Part shown: positions 46,283-56,800 of the stretch, piece after piece
How positions within the stretch are numbered: position 1 is the first letter of the stretch
How the letters are laid out: every line of letters starts with the position of its first letter
Origin: Planctomycetota bacterium
Lineage (GTDB): Bacteria; Planctomycetota; UBA1135; UBA2386
Assembly: GCA_965228735.1 (NCBI GenBank)
Contig: OZ245838.1
Span: 3,648,001-3,712,000 of the forward strand
Reading direction: 5' to 3'
DNA length: 64,000 nt
Translations under genes and position numbers: made by a program
The notes under the pieces: model-generated
Database searches by the model: none
Told to the model about the DNA's origin: nothing
What the model saw: the letters and a program-made list of their open reading frames with translations, nothing else

Positions 46283-46698
46283 CCGGCAAACGCAACGACG
46301 GCAGCAAGCCCGGCGCCGATACGGCCGACGAATCGGGGCGCTACGCCTACGACGGGCTCGATCGCGTGCTGCACGAGAAGGCGCGGCTCGGCATCGTGAC
46401 ATCCCTCGCGGCCCGCACCGAGGGCATCCTGTTCGGCGACCTCAAGGCGCTGTGCAACCTCACGGACGGCAACCTGTCGCGCCACCTCACGGTGCTGCAG
46501 GAAGCCGGCATCGTCGAGATCCAGAAGGGCTACCGCGGCCGGCGCCCGCAGACGCTGTGCCAGATCACCACTGATGGCCGCAAGCGTTACCTGCAGTACA
46601 TCGCGGTGCTCGAGTCGGTGCTCGGCGACGCGGCCGAAGCCGCACGCGCCACCGGCCGCGCGCGCCGCGACATGCCCGAAGGCTGGAGCCCGGCTTAG
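46279..46698 (+). CDS. Winged-helix (HTH_34, MarR-like) transcriptional regulator
   Basis: LDRVLHEKARLGIVTSL, F.DLK....LTDGNLSRHL..L.EAG.V...KGY.GRRPQT; ATGA overlap. Confidence 0.9.
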   Translation: MTGKRNDGSKPGADTADESGRYAYDGLDRVLHEKARLGIVTSLAARTEGILFGDLKALCNLTDGNLSRHLTVLQEAGIVEIQKGYRGRRPQTLCQITTDGRKRYLQYIAVLESVLGDAAEAARATGRARRDMPEGWSPA

Positions 46699-46725
46699 CG
46701 GGCGCGGGTGCACGAGCTGGCCAGG

Positions 46726-47055
46726 CTACTGGACCAGCTTCACGGTCTCCTCGCCGGCTTCGTGCACCAGCTTGATCATCGCGTCCGGCTTGACCTTCGC
46801 CGGATCGTAGTGGATCGAGAACACGGCAGTGTCCTCATCGACATCGATCTTCGACACGCCGGGGATCTCCAGGGCACCGCGCACGGCGGTGACACAATGG
46901 CCTCAATAGGGCTTGCCGAGTTCCATCTTGACGATGGTGGTCGCTGCGTTGTTCGCCCCGGGCGCGTTGTCAGCCGGGGTGTTCACTTCCGCCTTCTCGG
47001 CGGTGCAGGCGACCAGGAACAGCGCCGAAGCGCACACGACGATCAGTCGGTTCAT
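46726..47055 (-). CDS. Candidate selenoprotein: HMA (CopZ/MerP-like) domain lipoprotein with a UxxC motif; in-frame TGA at 46903-46905
   Basis: Manual translation MNRLIVVCASALFLVAC-TAEKAEVNTPADNAPGANNAATTIVKMELGKPY[TGA]GHCVTAVRGALEIPGVSKIDVDEDTAVFSIHYDPAKVKPDAMIKLVHEAGEETVKLVQ-TAG; lipobox LVAC; the HMA pattern continues in frame past the TGA. Confidence 0.85.
46868..46902 (-). promoter_or_regulatory. Putative bacterial SECIS element
   Basis: After UGA: GGCCAUUGUGU-CACCGC-CGUGC-GCGGUG-CCCUGGA; 6-bp upper stem, 5-nt loop with G at position 2, loop starting 17 nt after the UGA, possible CCA/UGG lower stem. Confidence 0.65.
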
Positions 47056-47153
47056 GGTTCTGTCCAGGTGAAGAACGGGCCGCGAACGTGCGACCCAATC
47101 GCGTCTTAAGATAGCGCGGCGGCGCCGGCCAGGGCGAATCGTGGCCGCCGGGA

Positions 47154-49418
47154 CTACCTCGGATCGCGGCAGTTCATCCCGGCGGGCAGCGCGCGCACCG
47201 TGCTGTGCAGCACCTGGAAGTGCGGCCGACCCTGGGCGTCGGGGCCGCGGAACACCAGCGTCGCGGCCGCGCCCGTCGGTAACACCCGCTGCAGCAGCTG
47301 CACGAGCGCGTCCGACTTGCGCACGGGCACGTCCTGGCCATTCTGCTGCAGGACGACCATCACGGCCCGGCCCGCGAAGCGCGCGACGTTGCCGGTCAGC
47401 TGGTCTTCGATCGCAGCCAGGTGCGCCGGGTCGGTGCCTGCGTCCACGCCGAGCAGAACGGTCGGCGGCACGCCCTGGTCGTTGCGACCGAGAACGCGGA
47501 GGCCGGGAGTCGCGCCGTTCGTGCCGGCGGCGACGATCGGGGGTGGCGCGGCGGCAGGCGCCGCTTCCGGGGCAGCCTCGGGTGCCGACAACGTCGGCGG
47601 CTCCGACTCAGGCTCCGGCTCCGGCAGCGCCTCGGGTTCGGGCAACTCTTCCGGCTCCGGCTCGGGCAACGGCTCGGGGTAGAGCGCGGCGCCGTCCGCG
47701 CCATCGACACTCTCGACCCCGTGCTCGATCAACGCGGCAAGCAGCTGCTGCGTGACGTCATCCGGGAGACCGTCGGTGGCGAGCGTGACCCGGGCACTCC
47801 CGGGCATCGAGCCCTGATCGAGCTCGCGCCCGATCGCCATCGCGCGCTGCTCCGCGTCGCGATCGGCGAGCGCGACCTCGATGCGCACGTCGTGATCGCC
47901 GCTGCGATGGAACGCGAGCAACGGCGGCAGCAGCACGTCGACCGGCCCGTGGTCCTCCATCTCGAGCCGCGACGGCCCGGCCTCGGCGACCTGATCGAGC
48001 ACCGCGCGCTGCAGCGTGCGCGACGGCATGCCGTCGCCCGCGATCACGATGCGCGCCGGCTGACCCGCGATCCGGTCGGCGAAGCGCGGCACGGCGCGTT
48101 CGACCGCCCGTACGAGCTCGGCCGGCTTGGCCGCGTCCGTGTCCACGGTCACGACGCTGCGACCGTCCGCGACGTCGAGCGTGACCGCCGGCGGCCAGAA
48201 CGGCTCCCGCTCCTCACCGCCGATCGTGCAGAACACGCGCTCGACGCCGAGCCCGTCGAACGCGCCCGCGAGACAACGCTCGGTGTCCTCGTCGACGACG
48301 AACAGCTGCGGCCAGTCGACGACGACGACCTTGCCGTAGAGCTCGGCCTCGAACGCGCGGCACTCTTGCGGGAAGAGCTCGAGCACCTCGGAATGATCGC
48401 GGCCGTGCGGCTGCACCCGCAGCTGCACCTCGCGCTTGCCCGCGGCGACGGCGAGGACGCCGGGCCACACGACCTTGGTGTTGCCGTCCGTCACGAACTC
48501 GATGTGCTCGGGCGCGAACTGCGACACGAGACGGACGAAATGGTCGGCAACGCCTGCGGCCGGCGCCGACGTCCAGGTCACGCGCACCGCCTTGCCGGCG
48601 ACGCCGAGCGCGTGCTCGGGCATCACGGTCTCCATCGCCTCACCGGTGATCGCGGGATCGGCCGCGGGGTCGATCGTGACCTGCACGACCTCGTCCCCGT
48701 CCACGACCTTGCAGCGATCGAGCAGCTCGCGGTCGAAGAGCACGCGCGCGCCGATCGCGACGCGCCGCGCGCCGGCCGCCTGCAGTTCGTCACCGATGTG
48801 GCTCCGCAGGTCCGAGTCCGGCTTCACGCCACCCTCGAACTCGAGCAGGAACTTCGCGCCATCGGCCTTGCCGCAGAGCTCCTGCAGCACGGGCGGCAAG
48901 AGCAGCGGCAGGTCATCGGCCTCGAAGCCGCTGCCGTCGATCGTCACGACGGTCTCGCCATCTTCGTCCCGGCTCGCCACCGCGAGCTCGGGCGCGGGAC
49001 CCTCGAGCAACCGCTCGGCGCCGAAGCCGCGCTTGATCGTCAGGTTCTGCGGCTTCGCCGCGCCGACGATGTCCTTCACGACGCTCTTCATCGCGGATCC
49101 GATGAGCGCCTCGCCCGCGAAGTCGACCGTCACGTCGCGGAACCGCAGCCGCGCGCCGAAGCGTTCGACCGCGCGCTGCAGCGGCCCCTCGACCGCGCCC
49201 TGCACGGCCTTCTTCTCCATCTCGGGCACGGTGACCGTCAGCGTGACGGCCGCGCCGAGGCCGTCGCCGCCTTCACACGCGATCTTGATCGGCCCGTCCT
49301 CGAGCGGTCCGTCGTCGCCGGCCGTGGGCTCGAGGGTCGGCATCTCGTCGTCGATGGCGGCACGCTTCGTGCTGCTCGGGCGCTTCCGCGGCAATCCGTG
49401 GCGGTGCTTGGAACTCAT
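47154..49418 (-). CDS. Large hypothetical protein made of about 7 tandem ~90-aa alpha/beta modules with a PE/AP-rich linker
   Basis: Acidic, GC3-rich ORF with a recurring V.V.ID / helix / G..V.V / helix / G...V / PP.L pattern; no signal peptide or TM seen. Confidence 0.8.
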   Translation of the reverse strand: MSSKHRHGLPRKRPSSTKRAAIDDEMPTLEPTAGDDGPLEDGPIKIACEGGDGLGAAVTLTVTVPEMEKKAVQGAVEGPLQRAVERFGARLRFRDVTVDFAGEALIGSAMKSVVKDIVGAAKPQNLTIKRGFGAERLLEGPAPELAVASRDEDGETVVTIDGSGFEADDLPLLLPPVLQELCGKADGAKFLLEFEGGVKPDSDLRSHIGDELQAAGARRVAIGARVLFDRELLDRCKVVDGDEVVQVTIDPAADPAITGEAMETVMPEHALGVAGKAVRVTWTSAPAAGVADHFVRLVSQFAPEHIEFVTDGNTKVVWPGVLAVAAGKREVQLRVQPHGRDHSEVLELFPQECRAFEAELYGKVVVVDWPQLFVVDEDTERCLAGAFDGLGVERVFCTIGGEEREPFWPPAVTLDVADGRSVVTVDTDAAKPAELVRAVERAVPRFADRIAGQPARIVIAGDGMPSRTLQRAVLDQVAEAGPSRLEMEDHGPVDVLLPPLLAFHRSGDHDVRIEVALADRDAEQRAMAIGRELDQGSMPGSARVTLATDGLPDDVTQQLLAALIEHGVESVDGADGAALYPEPLPEPEPEELPEPEALPEPEPESEPPTLSAPEAAPEAAPAAAPPPIVAAGTNGATPGLRVLGRNDQGVPPTVLLGVDAGTDPAHLAAIEDQLTGNVARFAGRAVMVVLQQNGQDVPVRKSDALVQLLQRVLPTGAAATLVFRGPDAQGRPHFQVLHSTVRALPAGMNCRDPR

Positions 49419-49502
49419 GAGCGGGGTGTTTCGGTCTCGAGAGGGGGGCCGCGCAGGGTAACGGGCGGGCGCGACGGGAGCGAGCGGAAGTGCCCCCAGG
49501 GC

Positions 49503-50657
<1,155 letters not shown>

Positions 50658-50746
50658 GCCCTCAGCGAAGCGCATCCGCGCGCGTCACGCCAGCCCGGCG
50701 TCGGGGCCAAGTCGCGAGTATCGGTCGCGGGTATCGGTCGCGAGTC

Positions 50747-51079
50747 TCAGTGGCGCGTCCGATCGATGATCGCGGCATTCGGACCGTTGTCGCAGATCTT
50801 CTGCACCATCGTCGGCAGCGCCGCCGCGGCGACGTGCGGACTGCGGGCCAACACGTTGCCGTCGTCGTCCTTGAGCACGACGAAGTGGTTGCCGCCATCA
50901 TCCTCGTGCGGCACGAGGTGGTCCGCGCGCAGAACCTCGCGCGTGTGCATCACCTCGGTCTGGGCGTCGATCTTGCCGCGGCACGGCAGACCCTGAAGCA
51001 GCACCTGGTCGTCATCGCCGACCAGGCAGAACGAAATACGGCCGCGATCATCCGCGACCAGGTTGAAACGAGTGCTCAT
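50747..51079 (-). CDS. YegP/DUF1508 family protein (tandem domains)
   Basis: Two repeats: F.L......VLL and HFVVLKDDDGNVLARS....V.KI..NGPNA.I.D. Confidence 0.7.
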   Translation of the reverse strand: MSTRFNLVADDRGRISFCLVGDDDQVLLQGLPCRGKIDAQTEVMHTREVLRADHLVPHEDDGGNHFVVLKDDDGNVLARSPHVAAAALPTMVQKICDNGPNAAIIDRTRH

Positions 51080-51250
51080 CTGGAATTCCTCCGTCCCGTA
51101 CGACGGCCGGGGTGGCCGTGGTGTTCCGACGAGCTGTGGAATCCCGTGGAAAGATCGCCATCCCTCCCAAAGAAGCTACAAGCACAGCCTGCACAGTGAC
51201 TTGCAAAAGAATCGACGAATGGACGCAGCGCTGTCCTATGACAGTCGTCC

Positions 51251-51676
51251 ATGCGTGCATTCCAACTCACGACTCTCGCCAGCCTCGCCGTCCTGATCGC
51301 CCTCCCCGCCTGCGGGGACGACGCGGCCGCCAAGGAGCTCCAGCAGGAGACCGGCGAGGCCCTCGAAGCCATCTCGAACTACACGAACGAACAGATGACC
51401 GAACTCAAGACCCAACTGGAGTCCAGCTGGACGACGATGCAGAGCGACCTGAAGAAACTGAAGGCCGAGGCCGACAAGCGCACGGGCGAGGCCAAGGCCG
51501 AGCTCGAGAAGGCGATCGCCGAGCTCGAGAAGCAGGCCAACGCGGCCAAGGCCAAGTTGTCCGAAGCCTCGGCCGCCGGCGCCGACAGCGCGAAGTCGGC
51601 GTGGGGCCACGCGAAGCAGGCCATGGAAGAAGCGGGATCCGCGATCTCCGAAGCCTGGAACGAGATCGGCAAGTAG
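51251..51676 (+). CDS. Coiled-coil lipoprotein
   Basis: Lipobox LPAC; Ala/Glu/Lys-rich amphipathic helices (SAWG..K..MEEA). Confidence 0.8.
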   Translation: MRAFQLTTLASLAVLIALPACGDDAAAKELQQETGEALEAISNYTNEQMTELKTQLESSWTTMQSDLKKLKAEADKRTGEAKAELEKAIAELEKQANAAKAKLSEASAAGADSAKSAWGHAKQAMEEAGSAISEAWNEIGK

Positions 51677-51793
51677 CCCACCATCGGGGTCGAGCCCGGC
51701 GCCGACCGAGGATCGGACAACGGTCCGGCCCACGGTTCGGCCACGGGACAACGGCGGAGCCGGCCTGGCTCCGTCAGAATTCGCATCAACCCC

Positions 51794-52792
51794 ATGTCAC
51801 GCCCCAAGATCATCATCGGCGGCCGCCGCTTCGACCCCAGCAGGTTGAAAGCGCTGCGCTGGCTGCCGCTCCTTCTCCTCGTACCGATCCTCGGCCTGCT
51901 CTCGGTCTTCACCGTCGAGGCCGAATCGGTCGGCGTCGTGCTGCGCTTCGGCGCCTACAGCGACACGGTCGAACCCGGACTGCACTTCAAGGTGCCGTTC
52001 GTCGATCAGGTCCTCGAGGTGCCCGTGCAACGCCGGCTCAAGCTCGAGTTCGGGGGTGCAACGAGCCCCGACCCCTCCAATCGCTTCCAGCGCAGCAACC
52101 CGCGCGAGCGCGACCTCGAGAGCAGCATGGTGACGGGCGACCTCAACGCCGCGGTCGTCGAGTGGGTCGTGCAGTACCACATCAACGAGGACCCGCGCGA
52201 CTTCCTGTTCCAGGTGCGCGACCCGGAGTTGACGTTGCGCGACCTCAGCGAAGCCGCGATGCGCGAGGTCGTCGGTGACCGGACGATCGACGAGGTCATC
52301 ACCGTCGGTCGGCAGGAGATCGAGACCGCCGCCCGCGATCGCCTGCGCGAGCTCACGAAGGACTACCAGCTCGGCGTCGCGATCGAGGAGCTGCAGCTCA
52401 AGAACGTCAACCCGCCGGCCGCCGTGCGCGACTCGTTCAACGAGGTCAACCAGGCCGAGCAGGACCGCGAGAACATGATCAACGTCGCGCGCGGCGAGTA
52501 CAACAAGGTCGTGCCGCGCGCCAAGGGCGAGGCCGAGCAGAAGATCAGCGAGGCCGAGGGCTACAAGCTCAAGCGCATCAACGAGGCGCAGGGTGACGCC
52601 GGCGCGTTCCAGGCCGTGCTCAAGGAGTACCTGAAGGCGCCGGAGGCGACCAAGACGCGCCTCTACCTCGAGACGATGGCCGACGTGCTGCCGCAGCTGG
52701 CTGGCACCTGGATCGTCGACAGCAAGGTCACGCAGATCGTCCCGATGCTGCAGGGCATCGGCGGCAAGGCGAACTCGGGAGGTGGAGAATGA
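51794..52792 (+). CDS. hflK: FtsH protease modulator HflK
   Basis: GVVLRFG, PGLHFK.P, MVTGDLN, EAAMREVVG, VNPP..V...FNEV..A.Q, VPRAKGEA, T..RLYLETM. Confidence 0.93.
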   Translation: MSRPKIIIGGRRFDPSRLKALRWLPLLLLVPILGLLSVFTVEAESVGVVLRFGAYSDTVEPGLHFKVPFVDQVLEVPVQRRLKLEFGGATSPDPSNRFQRSNPRERDLESSMVTGDLNAAVVEWVVQYHINEDPRDFLFQVRDPELTLRDLSEAAMREVVGDRTIDEVITVGRQEIETAARDRLRELTKDYQLGVAIEELQLKNVNPPAAVRDSFNEVNQAEQDRENMINVARGEYNKVVPRAKGEAEQKISEAEGYKLKRINEAQGDAGAFQAVLKEYLKAPEATKTRLYLETMADVLPQLAGTWIVDSKVTQIVPMLQGIGGKANSGGGE

Positions 52793-53730
52793 AACTCGGC
52801 GCGATCCTCGGGCTCCTCGTAGCCCTCGTTCTCGTCATCGTGCTGGGCAGCGGGCTCTACACCGTGCACCAGACCGAGACCGTCATCCTGACGCAGTTCG
52901 GCGCGCCGGTCGGCGAACCCGTCAGCGAACCCGGGCTGCACTGGAAGACGCCGTTCGTCCAGGAAGTGAACCGCCTCGAGAAGCGGATCCTCGCGTTCGA
53001 CGCCGAGGCCACGACGGTGTCGACGAAGGAGAAGACCTTCATCGAAATCGACACGTTCGGCCGCTGGCGCATCGGCGACCCGGCGACCTACTTCGTCAAG
53101 CTCAAGACCGAGCGGCGCGCGTTGTCGCGACTGGAGGACATCATCGGCAGTGAGGTCCGGTCCGCCGTCGCGAGCCACGAGCTCATCGAGGTGATCCGCA
53201 GCGACAAGGACCGCAAGGTGCCGGAGAACCTCGTCGGCCAGGTCGGCATGAACATGACCCTGCGCGAGGCCGAGCGCGGCCGGCTCGCGATCCTCGAGGA
53301 CGTCCTCGCGGCGTCGAAGCCCAAGCTCGCGCCGCTCGGCATCGAGCTGCTCGATGTCCGCATCAAGCGGATCAACTACAACCAGCGCGTGCTGCCCAAC
53401 ATCCACAAGCGCATGCAGAGCGAGCGCGAGCAGATCGCGCAGCGCTTCCGCAGTGAAGGTGAGGGCGAACGCGCGAGCATCCTCGGCGAGAAGGAGCGCG
53501 AGCTCCTCCGAATCCAGTCGACGGCCTACAAGCAAGAGCAGCAGCTGCGCGGCGAAGGCGACGCCGAGGCCACGCGGATCTACGCGGAGGCTTACAACCA
53601 GAGTCCGGAGGCGCGCGAGTTCTATCGCTTTCTCAAGACGATGGAGACCTACACGGAAGTGCTCGCGGGGACCAACCTCGTGCTGTCGACCGACAGCGAG
53701 CTGTTCCGCCTGTTCCAGTCGATGAACTGA
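52789..53730 (+). CDS. hflC: FtsH protease modulator HflC
   Basis: TQFG.PV, PGLHWK.PFVQ, GIE..DVRIKRIN, RMQSERE.IA..FRSEG, IYAEAY...EFY.FL. Confidence 0.93.
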   Translation: MKLGAILGLLVALVLVIVLGSGLYTVHQTETVILTQFGAPVGEPVSEPGLHWKTPFVQEVNRLEKRILAFDAEATTVSTKEKTFIEIDTFGRWRIGDPATYFVKLKTERRALSRLEDIIGSEVRSAVASHELIEVIRSDKDRKVPENLVGQVGMNMTLREAERGRLAILEDVLAASKPKLAPLGIELLDVRIKRINYNQRVLPNIHKRMQSEREQIAQRFRSEGEGERASILGEKERELLRIQSTAYKQEQQLRGEGDAEATRIYAEAYNQSPEAREFYRFLKTMETYTEVLAGTNLVLSTDSELFRLFQSMN

Positions 53731-53853
53731 AATATCGGAGATCCCGCGAGACCCTGACGGAGCGCTCGCGATTGCCCGGGGAGCGAGGCGGCACCTGCGC
53801 CGCCTCGCCTGAATCCGTTCCCCGAACCGGCGCAATCCGTCCGGCGCAATTCG

Positions 53854-56800
53854 ATGATCCGCAACCTCGCGGCCCTGGCCGCCCTCTCCGTCCTCGTCTC
53901 CGCACCGCTGCCGGCGCAGGCCGCACCCGCGCCGTCCCACCGCGCTCCGACCGCCTCGGAGCAGGCCTACCAGCGCTTCCTCGGCGCGGCCGGCGGCCAA
54001 TGGCAGGCCCGCTGGTGCCGCGCGACCGGCACCCCGAGCGCGATCTTCGGCACCGGCCTCCAGCTCGAACGCGGCCGCGGCACGACGCTCGCGAGTGCGC
54101 GTGAAGCCGCGCTCGAGCTGCTCGACGAACGGGCCGAACTGCTCGGAACGGGCGAATCCGAGTTCCGCGAGAGCGTCGGCCAGCCGATGGGCTGGACGTT
54201 CTGCTTCGTCTTCGATCAGTTCTTCCGCGGGCTGCCGGTGATCGGCGGCCGCGCCGACGTGCGCGTCAATCGCCGCGGCCGCATCGCGATGTTCGGCAGT
54301 CGCGCGTGGCCGATTCCGGCGGACTTCGACACGACGCCGGTCCTCGACGAGACGATGGCGACGGCGCTCGCGTGGCAGGCGCTCGACCGCGTGCCGCCGC
54401 AGAACGAGCAGCCCGGCAACGAGCGCGCCCCGCGCCTCGTGATCTGGGGTGACGTGCACGCCGAAGCCCTTGCGCCGCTCCATCTCGCCTGGGAAGTCCC
54501 CGTCGCCGCGATCGACGCGAACGGTCAGGGCCCGGCCGGCCGCTACTACGTGGACGCCAGGACCGGCGCGATCCTGGCTTTCGAGAACGACAAGCACGAG
54601 TGCGGCGTGCCCGGCTGCACACTCACGACGCCGCACGAGAACCACTCGGCACGCTCGCCGACGGCGCCGGCCGTCGACACGACGTGCGTCGTGCAGGCCT
54701 GGACCCGCCTCGGCACGAGCGCGCTCGAGCCGCTGACCCTGACGCGTCTGCCCGACGTGCAGGTCACCGTGCCCGGCAAGGGCGTCTACACGACGGACGA
54801 GAACGGCGAGTTCATCGTGCCCCTGACCAGCTCGGTGAGCGTCACGGTCGAACTCGAGGGCCGACACACCGAACTCGTCGACGGCGGCAACCGCCCTACC
54901 AAGACGCACGTCGTGTTCCCGGGGCAGACGCGCTACTTCACGTTCCTCTACCCGAGCTCACCGTCGACGCACGCCGCCCACCCGACGACCTACTACTGGA
55001 CGACGCTCAGCAACCGGTTCGCCCGCGAGTATCTCGGCGGCACGCCGCAGCTCGCGGCCCTCGACAACATCGAGCCGACCGTCAACCTCAACAACACCTG
55101 CAACGCCTACTACTACAACAACACGATCAACTTCTACGTCGCCGGCAACGGCTGCAACAACACGGCGTTCTCGTCGGTCGTCGCCCACGAGTGGGGCCAC
55201 GGGCTCGACGCGCAGTACGGCGGCGTCTCGCAGCTGCAGGGCCTCGGCGAGGGCTGGGCCGACGTCATCGCGATGTATCTGCTCGGCAGCCCGCTCGTCG
55301 GCGAGGACTTCCAGACCGGGCAGGTGCTGCGCGACGGCACCAACACGGTGCAGTATCCGACGAGCGGCGGCGTGCACCACCAGGGCAAGACGTGGATGGG
55401 CTTCGCTTGGAAGTTCCGCGAGCGCATGATCGCGACCCTCGGCAACAGCCGGCCCACGATCGTCGCAACGAACGGCATCGTGATCGACTCGATCGTCGCC
55501 AACGCGACCAACCAGCCCGACGCGCTGCTCGAGGTGTTCCTGGCCGACGACGACGACGGCAACCTGCTCAACGGCACACCGCACGACAGCCAGCTGACGT
55601 GGGCCGCCAACCAGCACAGCCTGCCGCTGCCGACCGTCGGCGCGCCGCCCAACGACCTGTGCATCGGCGCCCTGCCGCTGCAGAACGGCGTCAACGGCCC
55701 GTTCCGCAACACGGGCGCCAACAGCTCGGCCGCCTGGCCCTGCCCCAACATCGGCCAGGACGTCTGGTTCTCGTACGAGGCCGGCGTCGCGGGCACGCTC
55801 ACGGTGCAGACCTGCGGTCTCGCCAACTTCGACACCGCGATCGAGATCCTGTCCGGCAGCAACTGCACGGGCTTCACCTCGCTCGGCTGCAACGACGACT
55901 CCGCGTGCGGCAACGAGTCGCTGCTCACGGTGCCGGTCACCGCGGGCACCTACTACGTCCGCGTCGGCGGCAACGGCGCGGCGGCCGGCGAGTTCAGTCT
56001 CGCGGTGAACGGGCCGCCGTCCGCGCAGGCGACGAGCACGCCGTACGGCACCGGGTGCTACGCGACGTCGCGGAGCTTCTACCAGTACTTCGGCGACGTC
56101 TCCGAGTTCGACCTCGACGGCCGATCGTTGCGGCTGCGCTTCCAGGGCGACCACTACACGGCCGAGCCCGGCGGCCCCTTCGTCGCGCCGCCGGCAGGCG
56201 CGTTCGCTCTGCCGCTGAGCAACACGACACCGGAAGCGACGGTCAACCTGCCGGGCGGGCTGCTCTACCCAGGTGGCGTGACGCCGCGCGTGCGAGTGCA
56301 CCGTGACGGCTTCGTGTCGGCCCAGCCCGGCAACGCCGCCGCGACGCCGTCGCCACAGGCCTGGCTGAACTCGCAGACCGCCCGCTGGGGGTCGTGGAGC
56401 CACTTCTGGACCCCGGCGTCCGCGGTCGGCGACGTGTTCGTCCATTCGCAGAACGGGGTGCAGTACATCACGTGGCACCGGATGTACGCGTTCCTTTCGT
56501 TGCTCGACGAGTCCACGTTCCAGATCCAGATCGACACCAACACCGAGGACGTGACGATCGTCTGGCAGGCGATGAACCCGTCCTACGGCGAGACGCTCGT
56601 CGGCTTCGCGGCCGCGGGCCCGTCGAAGGACACGGGCGACGTCGACATCTCATCGCGTCTCGGGAGCAGCTTCCGCACGTGGCCGACCGACAGCGAGCCG
56701 CTCACGCTGACGTCGACCGTTCCGCAGATCGGCAGCAGCCTGACGTTCACGACCACGGAATACCGCGCGAACTCGGCACTCGGATTCCAGCTGCTCAGCT

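Noticed and set aside
46708..47109. 133-aa plus-strand ORF in the track
   Set aside because: It is the antisense shadow of the minus-strand HMA/UxxC gene and shows no recognisable motif.
47570..47680. ggctcc-type repeats
   Set aside because: They are explained by the PE/AP-rich protein linker of the 754-aa gene.
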